From Planctomycetota bacterium (GTDB lineage Bacteria; Planctomycetota; UBA8108; SXIK01), in assembly GCA_965223845.1 (NCBI GenBank), contig CBDCXR010000004.1:7520001-7584000 (forward strand): DNA of 64,000 nt, in the 5' to 3' direction. Position numbers and translations under genes: made by a program. Numbering within the stretch: the stretch's first letter is position 1; every line of letters starts with the position of its first letter. Positions 37,039-46,648 of the stretch are shown here, in pieces. The notes beneath the pieces were generated by a model. That model was not told where the DNA came from. It did no database searches and was given only the letters and a program-made list of their open reading frames with translations.

Positions 37039-39621
37039 ATGAACGCCCAAGAGATTCGTACGACGTTCCTCGAGTTTTTCACCGAGAACGACCACCGCTT
37101 GGTGTCGTCGAGTCCCGTCGTGCCTCAGGACGACCCGACGCTCCTCTTCGCGAACGCCGGGATGAACCAGTTCAAGGGGATCTTCACCGGCGAGGTGAAG
37201 CCCGAGTTTCCCCGCGCGACCACGGTGCAGAAGTGCATCCGCGCGGGCGGGAAGCACAACGATCTCGACAACGTCGGGTACACCTCGCGGCATCTGACGT
37301 TCTTCGAGATGCTCGGGAACTTCTCCTTCGGCGATTACTTCAAGGAAGACGCGATTCGTCTCGCGTGGAAGCTCGTCGTCGAGACCTTCGAACTGCCCAC
37401 CGACCGCTTGATCGCGACGGTGTTTCACGAGGACGAGGAGGCGCGTGAGCTCTGGCAGAAGATCTCCGGCCTTCCGCGCGACCGCATCGTCGGACTCGGA
37501 GAGAAGGACAACTACTGGAGCATGGGGGACGTCGGACCCTGCGGGCCGTGCTCGGAGATTCTCTTCGACCGCGGTGACGACTTCGGCGAGGCCGACCTCG
37601 AAAACGGCGAACGCTTCTTCGAGATCTGGAATCTCGTGTTCATGCAGTTCGAGCAGACGGCGGGCGGCGACAAGATTCCCCTGCCGCGTCCCAGCATCGA
37701 CACCGGCATGGGTCTCGAGCGGATCGCCATGGTTCTGCAGGACGCGCGCTCGGTGTTCGAGATCGATCTTCTCCGCCGCATCATCGCGCGAGTCGAGGAG
37801 CTGACCGGAGCCGCGTTCGGAGACGGTGAGGCGGGAGTTCCTCACCGGGTCCTCGCCGATCACATCCGCACCTTGGTGTTCGCCCTCGCCGACGGCGCCC
37901 ATCCGTCGAATGAAGGCCGCGGTTACGTGCTCCGGCGCATTCTCCGGCGCGCGGCTCGCTACGCTCGAAAGATTCACGACGGTGGGCCGATCCTCCACGA
38001 TCTCGTCGGTGTCGTCCTCGACGAGATGGGCGATGCCTATCCGGAGATTCGCCGACAAGAAGAGTTCGTCGTTCAGATGATTCGAAGCGAGGAGGAGCGC
38101 TTCGGGCAGACGCTCGACCACGGCATCGAGCTCTTCGACGAAACCGTCGCGCAGCTCGAGGCGAGTGGCGGCAAGGTGATCTCCGGCGCGGACGTGTTCC
38201 GGCTCTACGACACTTTCGGGTTTCCCGTCGACCTCGTCGAGGTGATGGCCGACGAGAAGGGACTGTCGGTCGATCTCGCCGAATTCGAACGCCGCATGGC
38301 CGCGCAGAAGGAACAATCCCAGGGGTCCTCGAAGTTCTCCGCACGCAGCGAGGCGCGCTCGCTCGACCTCGCGGCTTTCGCGGAAACCGAGTTCTGCGGT
38401 TACGACGAGACCGCGACGGAGGCCGAAGTGCTCGGCTGCTCCGGTGACGCGGACGCGCTGAGCGTCGTACTTTCCCGCACTCCGTTCTACGGCGAATCCG
38501 GCGGCCAGGTCGGCGATGCCGGGAGAATCCGCGCGGGGGACTTCGAGCTCGAGGTCCTCGACACGAAGAAGGAGCGCGGACGCTTCATTCACGAGTGTCG
38601 CCTCGCGAGCGGGGACCTCGCGGCGCTCCAGGCGGGATCCGCCGTCGAGGCGGAGGTGGATTCGGAGCGGAGGGCGTCGATCGCGCGCAACCACTCCGCG
38701 ACTCATCTGCTCCACGCCGCGCTCCGCGAGGTCGCCGGGACGCACGTGCGGCAGAAGGGATCGCTCGTCGGTCCGTCGCGCCTCCGTTTCGATGTGACGC
38801 ACTTCGCGGCGTTCACCGCCGAGGAAACGAGCGCCGCCGAAGAGCTCGTCCGCGAGCAGATTCTAGCGGACACGCCGGTCGAGATCTTCGAGACGGACTA
38901 CGACGACGCCGTCGCCCGCGGCGCGATCGCGCTCTTCGGCGAGAAGTACGGGGATCGCGTGCGCGTCGTTCGGATGGGTGACTTCTCGATGGAGCTCTGC
39001 GGCGGAACCCACGTGGCGAGCACTGGGCAGATCGGGCCATTCGTCGTCATCGGGGAGGCCTCGGTCTCGTCGGGAGTGCGGCGACTCGAAGCGCTCACGG
39101 CCGAAGGCACCGAAGCGTATCACCGCGGTCACTACGAGACGCTTCTCCAGCTCGCCCGTCTACTCAAGGTCGCGCCGGATGCGGTGACGGCGCGCGTCGA
39201 GCGTCTCCTCAGCGAACAACGAGAGCTCCGCGACAAGCTGAAGCGGCAGGCGGCGAGCTCGTCGGGCGCCGCCGTCAATCGGGACCGAGTCGGCGACGCG
39301 CTCGTCGTGAGCGGGATCCTCGACGACGCGGGCGGAAAGGAGCTCCGCGAACGCTACGACGCGTTCAAGGGCGAATCCGAGCGCGTGGTCGCCGTCCTCA
39401 TCGGCACGGCGGGAGGGAAGCTCGGAGTTCTCGTCGGAGTCAGTCGAGCCCTCGTCGACGCGGGCGTCGACGCCCGGAAGATCTTCGGCTCCATGAGCGA
39501 GGCGCTCGGCGCTCGCGGCGGCGGTCGGCCGGAGCTCGTTCAGGCCGGCGGGTCGCTCGATGGCGCTAAGCTCGAACCGGCACTGGAAGCGGCGCGCGCC
39601 GCCGTCGCCGGCGCTCTCTAG
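37039..39621 (+). CDS. alaS: Alanine--tRNA ligase
   Basis: DPTLLFANAGMNQFK, FFEMLGNFSFGDYFK, IDTGMGLER, HSATH, ELCGGTH, GGG. Confidence 0.97.
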   Translation: MNAQEIRTTFLEFFTENDHRLVSSSPVVPQDDPTLLFANAGMNQFKGIFTGEVKPEFPRATTVQKCIRAGGKHNDLDNVGYTSRHLTFFEMLGNFSFGDYFKEDAIRLAWKLVVETFELPTDRLIATVFHEDEEARELWQKISGLPRDRIVGLGEKDNYWSMGDVGPCGPCSEILFDRGDDFGEADLENGERFFEIWNLVFMQFEQTAGGDKIPLPRPSIDTGMGLERIAMVLQDARSVFEIDLLRRIIARVEELTGAAFGDGEAGVPHRVLADHIRTLVFALADGAHPSNEGRGYVLRRILRRAARYARKIHDGGPILHDLVGVVLDEMGDAYPEIRRQEEFVVQMIRSEEERFGQTLDHGIELFDETVAQLEASGGKVISGADVFRLYDTFGFPVDLVEVMADEKGLSVDLAEFERRMAAQKEQSQGSSKFSARSEARSLDLAAFAETEFCGYDETATEAEVLGCSGDADALSVVLSRTPFYGESGGQVGDAGRIRAGDFELEVLDTKKERGRFIHECRLASGDLAALQAGSAVEAEVDSERRASIARNHSATHLLHAALREVAGTHVRQKGSLVGPSRLRFDVTHFAAFTAEETSAAEELVREQILADTPVEIFETDYDDAVARGAIALFGEKYGDRVRVVRMGDFSMELCGGTHVASTGQIGPFVVIGEASVSSGVRRLEALTAEGTEAYHRGHYETLLQLARLLKVAPDAVTARVERLLSEQRELRDKLKRQAASSSGAAVNRDRVGDALVVSGILDDAGGKELRERYDAFKGESERVVAVLIGTAGGKLGVLVGVSRALVDAGVDARKIFGSMSEALGARGGGRPELVQAGGSLDGAKLEPALEAARAAVAGAL

Positions 39622-39787
39622 GCTGCCGGCGTCGCCCCGCCCGAACCGAGAGTTTCGCCGATCGGGCCCGGCTTGGTGGCGCCGCTCGATCTCCTCCTCG
39701 CCGACGGGCTCGCCGTCGCCGGAGAGAATTCTCCGGAATTGTTGCAACCTAAGTCTCTGGTTGAGGTTAGCGTGTAGTCATTCGGTT

Positions 39788-39816
39788 TTGACAGCGAGTC
39801 GACACGTACGTAAAAT
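39788..39816 (+). promoter_or_regulatory. Consensus sigma70 promoter of the rpmF-plsX-fab operon
   Basis: TTGACA-N17-TAAAAT. Confidence 0.75.
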
Positions 39817-39991
39817 GTCGCGATTACGTTCCGTGACCTCCGAGGTCCGGTGGCCGCGACGAGCGGAGTCGCGCTGCCCCGCGGGGGCCGTTCTTCGTCT
39901 GGCGGCTCCGACCCGGTCGGGATCGGCGTGCGGTGCGACCGACGGACGATGTTTGGCGAGCTCTCGCTCGTCTGATCGCCTCGCCGGCAGT

Positions 39992-40036
39992 TCTCGATCG
40001 AGTTGGTCTCGATCGAGTTGGTCTCGATCGAATTGG
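39992..40036. repeat. 15-bp tandem repeat x3 in the rpmF leader
   Basis: TCTCGATCGAGTTGG x2 + TCTCGATCGAATTGG. Confidence 0.8.
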
Positions 40037-40259
40037 CGCCGGCGGTAACTCGGATCGGGCTCCCGCGCGAGATCGCGGTCGATCGCCGAAACACGCCGCC
40101 CCGCGCCGGAGCTCGTCGCGACCCGGTGGTCGCCGCGAGTCGCCCGGATCGATCGACCGAGTGTTCGTAGAGCGACGCGGAGCACGAACGAAGACCGGCG
40201 CGGAACGATACTCCGGTCCGATCACCGAAGTCTACGCAGCGAGCCCGAGAGAGGGAATC

Positions 40260-40445
40260 ATGGCCGTCCCCAAAAGAAAAACGTCGAAGTCCCGCAAGAA
40301 CATGAGGCGGTCGCACCACGCGCTTCAGCCGGCGAACCTGTCGAAGTGCTCGCGCTGTGGCTCGGTCAAGGAGCGTCACACGATTTGCTCCGAATGCGGC
40401 TATTACCGCGGCAAGCCCGTGATCGCCATCGAAGAGGGCTTCTGA
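40260..40445 (+). CDS. rpmF: 50S ribosomal protein L32 (Zn-binding form)
   Basis: MAVPKRKTSKSR..CSRC..CSECGYY. Confidence 0.95.
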   Translation: MAVPKRKTSKSRKNMRRSHHALQPANLSKCSRCGSVKERHTICSECGYYRGKPVIAIEEGF

Positions 40446-40448
40446 TCC

Positions 40449-41540
40449 TTGCGCTACCGAATCGCTATCGACGCGATGGGCGGCGATCGCGCTCCGGACG
40501 AGATCGTCGCTGGTGCGGCGGACGCAGCGCGCGCCGACGCGGAGCTGGAGCTGGTTCTCGTCGGGCAGGAGGATCGTGTCCGCGCCGCGCTGGCTGAGGT
40601 CGGCTGGGACGGCGACAATCTCGAGGTTCAGCACGCGTCCGAGACGATCTCGATGTCGGAGTCGCCGGTCGAGGCCCTCCGCTCGAAGCGCGACTCGTCG
40701 ATCACGCGAGCGATGGCTCTCGTCAAATCGGGCGAGGCGAGCGCGTTTCTGAGCGCGGGGAACACGGGCGTCTGCGTCGCTGCGGCCACGATGCAGCTGA
40801 AGCGGCTGGAAGGCGTCAGCCGGGCGGGGATCGCGGTCGTCCTCCCGGCGGGCGATCAGCCCGTCGTGGTGATCGACGCGGGCGCGAACGTCAGCCCGAA
40901 GCCGATCCACCTGATGCACTACGGCATCATGGCGAGCCTCTACGCCAAGAGCGTGCTCGGAGTCGACGCGCCACGCGTCGGGCTCCTCAACGTCGGCGAA
41001 GAAGACGCCAAGGGCCACGACCTCGCCAAGGAAGCGCACGGACAGTTTTCGGCGAGTGATCTCAATTTCATCGGCAACGTCGAGGGAAGGGAGGTCTTTC
41101 GCGGCACGTGCGACGTCGTCGTCTGCGACGGTTTCGTCGGGAACGTCGTTCTCAAGGTGTCCGAGGGGCTCGCGGAGAGGCTGCTCCAAGTCTTCAAGCA
41201 CGCACTGACGGATTCCGTCGAGCAGTTCTTCCGGCATCCGGACGTCGCTGGCGGCTTGGCCGAGCTACCGGCGGGAAGCGATGGCATTCAGTCGACCGCG
41301 CGGTCAGTTCTCGGCGAGCAGTTCGCGGGCCTCAAGCGGCGGTTCCACTACTCAGAGTACGGCGGAGCGCCCCTCCTCGGAGTGAACGGAGTCGTCACGA
41401 TCGCGCACGGACGCTCGGACGCGCGCGCGATTACGAACGCGGTCAAAGCCGCGAAGCGCACGATCGCCGCCGACTTCAATCAGAAGCTCACCGAGTCGCT
41501 CACGCGACAATCTCTCTCGGGAGCGACGGAGAATCGTTAG
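40449..41540 (+). CDS. plsX: Phosphate acyltransferase
   Basis: IAIDAMGGD, SAGNTG, DAGAN, LLNVGEE, DGFVGN, GAPLLG, AHGRS. Confidence 0.95.
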   Translation: MRYRIAIDAMGGDRAPDEIVAGAADAARADAELELVLVGQEDRVRAALAEVGWDGDNLEVQHASETISMSESPVEALRSKRDSSITRAMALVKSGEASAFLSAGNTGVCVAAATMQLKRLEGVSRAGIAVVLPAGDQPVVVIDAGANVSPKPIHLMHYGIMASLYAKSVLGVDAPRVGLLNVGEEDAKGHDLAKEAHGQFSASDLNFIGNVEGREVFRGTCDVVVCDGFVGNVVLKVSEGLAERLLQVFKHALTDSVEQFFRHPDVAGGLAELPAGSDGIQSTARSVLGEQFAGLKRRFHYSEYGGAPLLGVNGVVTIAHGRSDARAITNAVKAAKRTIAADFNQKLTESLTRQSLSGATENR

Positions 41541-41621
41541 CCTCGATTCTCTGCGGACCGACTCGTTCCGCCGTATCATCCCAGATCGAGCAGCGCTCCG
41601 AGCCACGAAGGACGACGACTC

Positions 41622-42614
41622 ATGTATCGAGCTTACATCGCCGGCACTGGATCCTACGTTCCGGAGCGGCGGGTCACGAATTTCGATCTCGAGAAGCTCG
41701 TCGACACGTCCGACGAGTGGATTCGAAAGCGCACCGGCATCCGTGAGCGCCGGGTGGCGGACGAATCGCAAGCGACCAGCGCCCTCGCGATCGAGGCGGC
41801 GCGCGGTGCTCTCCAGCGTGCGGAGCTGTCCCCCGAGGATGTAGATCTCGTCATCGTGGCGACGATCACGCCCGACACGATCACGCCGGCGACGGCGGTC
41901 TACGTTCAGGATCAACTCGGCTGCAAGCGGGCGGCGGCGTTCGACCTCAGCGCCGCGTGTACGGGCTTCGTCTACGGGCTCGCGGTGGCAGCGAATTTCT
42001 GTCAGACCGGATTCTATCGCCACGTGCTCGTCGTGGGCGCCGAGGCGCTGTCGCGCTTCATCGACTTCGAGGATCGTTCGACGTGCATCCTATTCGGTGA
42101 CGGCGCCGGAGCCGTCGTCGTGTCCCGTTCGGACGCCGAAGACGAAGACGGACCGGCGGTGCTCGACAGCGTGCTGAGAGCCGACGGTTCGGGCGCCGAG
42201 CTCATCGAGATCCAGGCGGGCGGCTCGGCACGTCCCGCGACGCCGGAGACCGTGGCCGCGAAGCAGCACTTTCTCGCCATGAACGGACGCGAGGTGTTCA
42301 AGTTCGCGACCAAGGTCTTCGCCGAGCTGGTCGAGACTGCTCTCGAGCGCAATCAAATCACGGTCGACGACCTCGCCCTCGTCGTCCCGCACCAGGTCAA
42401 TCACCGGATCATCGACGCCGCGCTGAAGCGCATCGCCATTCCCGAGGACCGGCTGTTCCTCAACCTCGACCGCTACGGAAATACGTCGGCGGCTTCGGTC
42501 CCGATCGCCCTCGACGAGGCCGTGGCGGCGGGGCGCCTGTCCCGCGGAGACTACGTTCTCTTCGCGGCGTTCGGTGCTGGGTTGACCTGGGGCTACAATT
42601 TGCTCCGCTGGTGA
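41622..42614 (+). CDS. fabH: 3-oxoacyl-ACP synthase III
   Basis: DTSDEWI, AACTGF, LFGDGAGA, PHQ, GNTSAAS. Confidence 0.95.
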   Translation: MYRAYIAGTGSYVPERRVTNFDLEKLVDTSDEWIRKRTGIRERRVADESQATSALAIEAARGALQRAELSPEDVDLVIVATITPDTITPATAVYVQDQLGCKRAAAFDLSAACTGFVYGLAVAANFCQTGFYRHVLVVGAEALSRFIDFEDRSTCILFGDGAGAVVVSRSDAEDEDGPAVLDSVLRADGSGAELIEIQAGGSARPATPETVAAKQHFLAMNGREVFKFATKVFAELVETALERNQITVDDLALVVPHQVNHRIIDAALKRIAIPEDRLFLNLDRYGNTSAASVPIALDEAVAAGRLSRGDYVLFAAFGAGLTWGYNLLRW

Positions 42615-42779
42615 AGACGACGATGCCGCCCGCGACCGAGAATCACGAGCGGCCGCCGATCCCCGCCCCTTCGAGAACCACCCACCGAACATCCAAACCG
42701 TCGTCCGCACCGCGCTCGCGAACTCGGGGCGCGACCGCGACGAGATGGACGAGATCAGACAGAATTCGAGAGCCGACCG

Positions 42780-43763
42780 ATGCCGCGAGCCGGATTTGAT
42801 ACCTTCGCGATACTGTTTCCCGGACAGGGGAGCCAGACGATCGGCATGGGAGCCGATCTCGCCGACGAATACCCCGAAGCGCAGCGCGTCTACGACCGCG
42901 CACGTGAGGTGACGGGCGAGGATTTTCTCGCGATCTGTCGCGACGGTCCCGCGTCCGAGCTCAACTCGACGCGAGTGAGCCAGCCCGCGATCTTTCTTCA
43001 CTCCATGGCGGCGCTTGAGGTCCTGCGCGCGAGCGGACTTGCGGACTCGCCGTTTTGCCGCGGGCTGCCGGTCGTCGGCACGGCCGGGCTCAGTCTCGGC
43101 GAATACTCGGCGCTCGTCTTCGCGGGTGCGCTCGAATTCGAGGATGCCCTCGAGATCGTCACCCGTCGCGGACGCTACATGCAGGATGCCTGCGACCGCA
43201 CGAACGGCACGATGGTGTCGGTGATCGGACTCCCGGCGGAGGAGGTCGAGCGGGCCGTCGACGAGGCTCGGGCGCGAGACGCGATCGTCGGTGTGGCGAA
43301 CTACAATTCGCCGTCCCAGACGGTCATCTCCGGGGACCGCGGGGCCGTCGAGGCGGTCGCGGAGACCCTCAAGGCGGCTGGCGCGCGTAAATGCGTGGAG
43401 CTCACGGTCGCGGGCGCCTATCATTCCGGCCTGATGGCGGCGGCCGCGGTCCACCTCGAACCGCATCTCCACCGTCTCTCGATTCAGGTACCGGAGGTGC
43501 CGTTCTTTTCCAACGTGACGGGGGCTCGAGTCGAGGATCCGGACGAGATCCGTCGCGGGTTGATCCGTCAAGTCGAGAGCAGCGTGCGGTGGTCGCAGAG
43601 CCTCCAGGCGTTGATCGACACGGGGATGCAATCGGCACTGGAGGTCGGACCGGGAAAGGTGGTGAAGGGCCTTGTCCGCAACGTGAAGAAGGACTGTGCG
43701 GTGACGCCGCTCGGAACGGTCGAGCAGCTCCGAGCGCTGCGCGATGAGGAGCTGGCGAGCTGA
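42780..43763 (+). CDS. fabD: Malonyl-CoA:ACP transacylase
   Basis: FPGQGSQ, QPAI, GLSLGEY, AYHS, EVGPG. Confidence 0.93.
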   Translation: MPRAGFDTFAILFPGQGSQTIGMGADLADEYPEAQRVYDRAREVTGEDFLAICRDGPASELNSTRVSQPAIFLHSMAALEVLRASGLADSPFCRGLPVVGTAGLSLGEYSALVFAGALEFEDALEIVTRRGRYMQDACDRTNGTMVSVIGLPAEEVERAVDEARARDAIVGVANYNSPSQTVISGDRGAVEAVAETLKAAGARKCVELTVAGAYHSGLMAAAAVHLEPHLHRLSIQVPEVPFFSNVTGARVEDPDEIRRGLIRQVESSVRWSQSLQALIDTGMQSALEVGPGKVVKGLVRNVKKDCAVTPLGTVEQLRALRDEELAS

Positions 43764-43902
43764 GCGGCGAGCGGTGTCCGTGAGAGAATGGAATCCCGCG
43801 AAGCGGTCGACCGGTGTCCCCGCGGCCTCGAGCGGTAGCGACCGCGTGCGTGAGGCGAGTGCGGCGAGCCGAGTGGCTCGGGAGAGGATTTGAGGGATCG
43901 TC

Positions 43903-44655
43903 GTGGCGAACCTTGCTGAGAAGAATGCTCTGGTTACGGGAGCATCGCGCGGGATCGGTCGTGCGATCGCGCGGCGTCTCGCCGCCGACGGGGCGAACGT
44001 CGGGCTCCTCGCGCGCAGCCGCGAGGCGCTCGCCGAGCTCGAGAGCGAGCTCGCGGAGCGATACGCCGGCCAACGGTTTCATGCGTTCGAATGCGACGTC
44101 CGGAGCACTGAGCAGGTCGGTGCCGCGCTGAAAACCTTCATCAAGGAATTCGGCTCGATCGATGTCCTCGTCAACAACGCGGGCATCACTCGGGATCAGC
44201 TTCTCCCGCGTCTCGGCGAGGACGACTGGGACGACGTGATCGAGGTCAACTTAAAGAGCGTGTTTAACACCTGTCGCGTCGCAGCTCGGCAGATGCTCCG
44301 CCAGAAATCGGGGCGGATCGTCAATATCACGAGTGTCGTCGGCGTCGTGGGCAACGCGGGGCAGACGAACTACGCTGCGTCGAAGGGAGGGATCATCGCG
44401 TTTACGTACTCACTCGCCAAGGAGCTCGCGTCTCGGGGGGTGACGGTCAACGCGGTGGCCCCGGGATTCATCGAGACCGAAATGACGGCGGCCATGCCGG
44501 GCGACGCCACGGATGCCATCGCAGGGAAGATTCCCCTCGGGCGGTTCGGACGCGCCGAAGAAGTCGCCGATTTGGTTGGTTTTCTGAGTGGCCCGGGCGC
44601 AAGTTATGTCACCGGAGAGGTGATTCGGGTCGACGGGGGCTTGGGGATCGCATGA
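43903..44655 (+). CDS. fabG: 3-oxoacyl-ACP reductase
   Basis: TGASRGIG, NNAGITRD, NYAASK, APGFIET. Confidence 0.95.
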   Translation: MANLAEKNALVTGASRGIGRAIARRLAADGANVGLLARSREALAELESELAERYAGQRFHAFECDVRSTEQVGAALKTFIKEFGSIDVLVNNAGITRDQLLPRLGEDDWDDVIEVNLKSVFNTCRVAARQMLRQKSGRIVNITSVVGVVGNAGQTNYAASKGGIIAFTYSLAKELASRGVTVNAVAPGFIETEMTAAMPGDATDAIAGKIPLGRFGRAEEVADLVGFLSGPGASYVTGEVIRVDGGLGIA

Positions 44656-44750
44656 ATGAGACGACGGTCGTCCGCCTCAACCGGTGAGCGGGCGAACGAG
44701 TTCACGGGGCGGACGAACCGACAAACAAGATCAGGAAGGAGTCAGGAGTC

Positions 44751-45002
44751 GTGTCCGAGGAAATTTTGGATCGCGTAGCCAACATCGTGACGAGCCAGCT
44801 CGACGTCGACCGCGAAAAGGTGAAGCTCGAAGCGAACTTCATCAACGATCTCGGAGCGGATTCGCTCGACATCGTCGAGCTCATCATGGAGCTCGAGGAG
44901 GAGTTCGATCTGAGCATTCCCGACGAGGAAGCCGAGAAGATCAAGACGGTCGGCGAAGCCGTAACCTACATCGAAAAGCTTCAGGGCGAGGGAGCGAGCT
45001 GA
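44751..45002 (+). CDS. acpP: Acyl carrier protein
   Basis: [14 protein letters not shown]. Confidence 0.96.
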   Translation: MSEEILDRVANIVTSQLDVDREKVKLEANFINDLGADSLDIVELIMELEEEFDLSIPDEEAEKIKTVGEAVTYIEKLQGEGAS

Positions 45003-45052
45003 GGCCGCGTCGGGTGGACGGGGGCGAAACGAGCCCGTCCACCCGGGGCCTC
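45001..45052 (+). other. Strong GC hairpin right after acpP (mRNA stabiliser/attenuator)
   Basis: CGGGTGGACGGG...CCCGTCCACCCG stem with no U-tract. Confidence 0.5.
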
Positions 45053-45403
45053 GCCCGTCCGCGCCGCTCCGTCCCCTTGCGCGGGAGGTGCCGCGCGGTC
45101 TCAAGTGCATGTGGGGCAGTTCGGGGTCGGAGGTCGGCCGCCGACTCTCTCGACGAGGGGATAGGGTGGACCGCTGAAGCGCGGCGGCTCCGACCGGAGT
45201 TCGCCCGAGCAGTCGGTGGAGGCAGCGCATTCGGGGGCCCACGCTTCCGCGCGATGAGCGCGGGAACGAAACTCACCTCCGCCGACCGGCGCGGCAGCGG
45301 CCGCGCTACTCCGGGCTGGGCCGTTGAAGTCACCGCGCCCGGTGAACGTTTCCGGGCTCACGCGATCGACGAACGAAACGGATTCACTCACGAGGTCAGG
45401 ACA

Positions 45404-46648
45404 ATGCGACGCGTCGTGGTAACGGGCATCGGGGCGGTTTGTCCCATCGGAAACAACGTCCGGGAGCTGTGGACGGGGATCGAGAGCTCGAAGAGCGGCG
45501 CGGGAGAGATCACGAGGTTCGACCATTCGGAGTTCCCGGTCCACATCGCGGCCGAGGTGAAGGACTTCGATCCCGAAACGGTCGTCAGCGCGAAGCAGGC
45601 GCGTCACCTGGACCGCTTCTCGCTCTACGCCGTCGCCGCGGCCCAGGAAGCCATGGACGACAGCGGGCTCGATCTCGAGCGGACCGACAAGTCGCGCGTC
45701 GGGTGCATTTGGGCGTCTGGAATCGGCGGGCTCGAAGAGATCGAAACGACGCACAAGGTCCTCCTCAAGCGAGGGCCGAAGCGGGTCAATCCGTACTTCA
45801 TCCCGAAGCTGATGCTGAACGCGGCCGCCGGCCAAATCGCGATCCGTTTCGGTCTTCAGGGAACGAACTTCGCCGTCGCTTCGGCGTGCGCGTCGAGCGG
45901 TCACGCCATCGGGCTCGCACTCCGCGCCGTTCGCAGCGGTGAAGCTGACGTCGTCGTCACCGGGGGATCCGAGGCGACGATCACCCCGCTGGGCGTCGGC
46001 GGGTTCTGCGCGCTTCGGGCACTCTCCCAGCGAAACGACGACCCTCTCACCGCTTCGCGGCCGTTCAATCAGGACCGCGACGGATTCGTCATCGGCGAGG
46101 GCGCCGGTGGACTCATCGTCGAGGAGTACGAAGCCGCGAAACGGCGCGGAGCTCGAGTCTACGCCGAGCTCCTCGGCGTCGGGATGACGGACGACGGGCA
46201 TCACATCTCCGCGCCGCTTCCGGACGGAGCGCGAGCGGTGTCTGCGATGCGACTCGCGCTCGCCGACGGCCGCGTCGAGCCCGACCAAGTGGACTACGTG
46301 AACGCGCATGGAACATCGACTGAGCTCAACGACGTCATGGAAACGCGCGCGATTCACACGACGCTCGGCGATCACGCCAAGAAGGCGATGGTGAGCTCGA
46401 CGAAATCGCAGATCGGTCATCTGCTCGGCGCGTCCGGTGCGGTCGAGGCAGTCGTCACTTGTCTCGGTGTTCACCGCGGAGTCGTCCCGCCCACGATCAA
46501 CTACATTCACCCCGATCCCGAGTGCGACCTCGACTACGTCCCGAACGAAGCGCGGGAGGCGAAGATCTCCTACGCGATGTGCAACTCGTTCGGATTCGGA
46601 GGCCACAACGTGACGACTCTCTTCGGCCGACTGGACGGTGCCCTGTGA
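45404..46648 (+). CDS. fabF: 3-oxoacyl-ACP synthase II
   Basis: RRVVVTGIG, SACAS, DGFVIGEGAG, NAHGTST, GHLLGA, NSFGFGG. Confidence 0.95.
   Translation: MRRVVVTGIGAVCPIGNNVRELWTGIESSKSGAGEITRFDHSEFPVHIAAEVKDFDPETVVSAKQARHLDRFSLYAVAAAQEAMDDSGLDLERTDKSRVGCIWASGIGGLEEIETTHKVLLKRGPKRVNPYFIPKLMLNAAAGQIAIRFGLQGTNFAVASACASSGHAIGLALRAVRSGEADVVVTGGSEATITPLGVGGFCALRALSQRNDDPLTASRPFNQDRDGFVIGEGAGGLIVEEYEAAKRRGARVYAELLGVGMTDDGHHISAPLPDGARAVSAMRLALADGRVEPDQVDYVNAHGTSTELNDVMETRAIHTTLGDHAKKAMVSSTKSQIGHLLGASGAVEAVVTCLGVHRGVVPPTINYIHPDPECDLDYVPNEAREAKISYAMCNSFGFGGHNVTTLFGRLDGAL

Noticed and set aside
39992-40036. Tandem repeat considered as a mini-CRISPR
   Set aside because: No spacers, 15-bp unit, no cas genes
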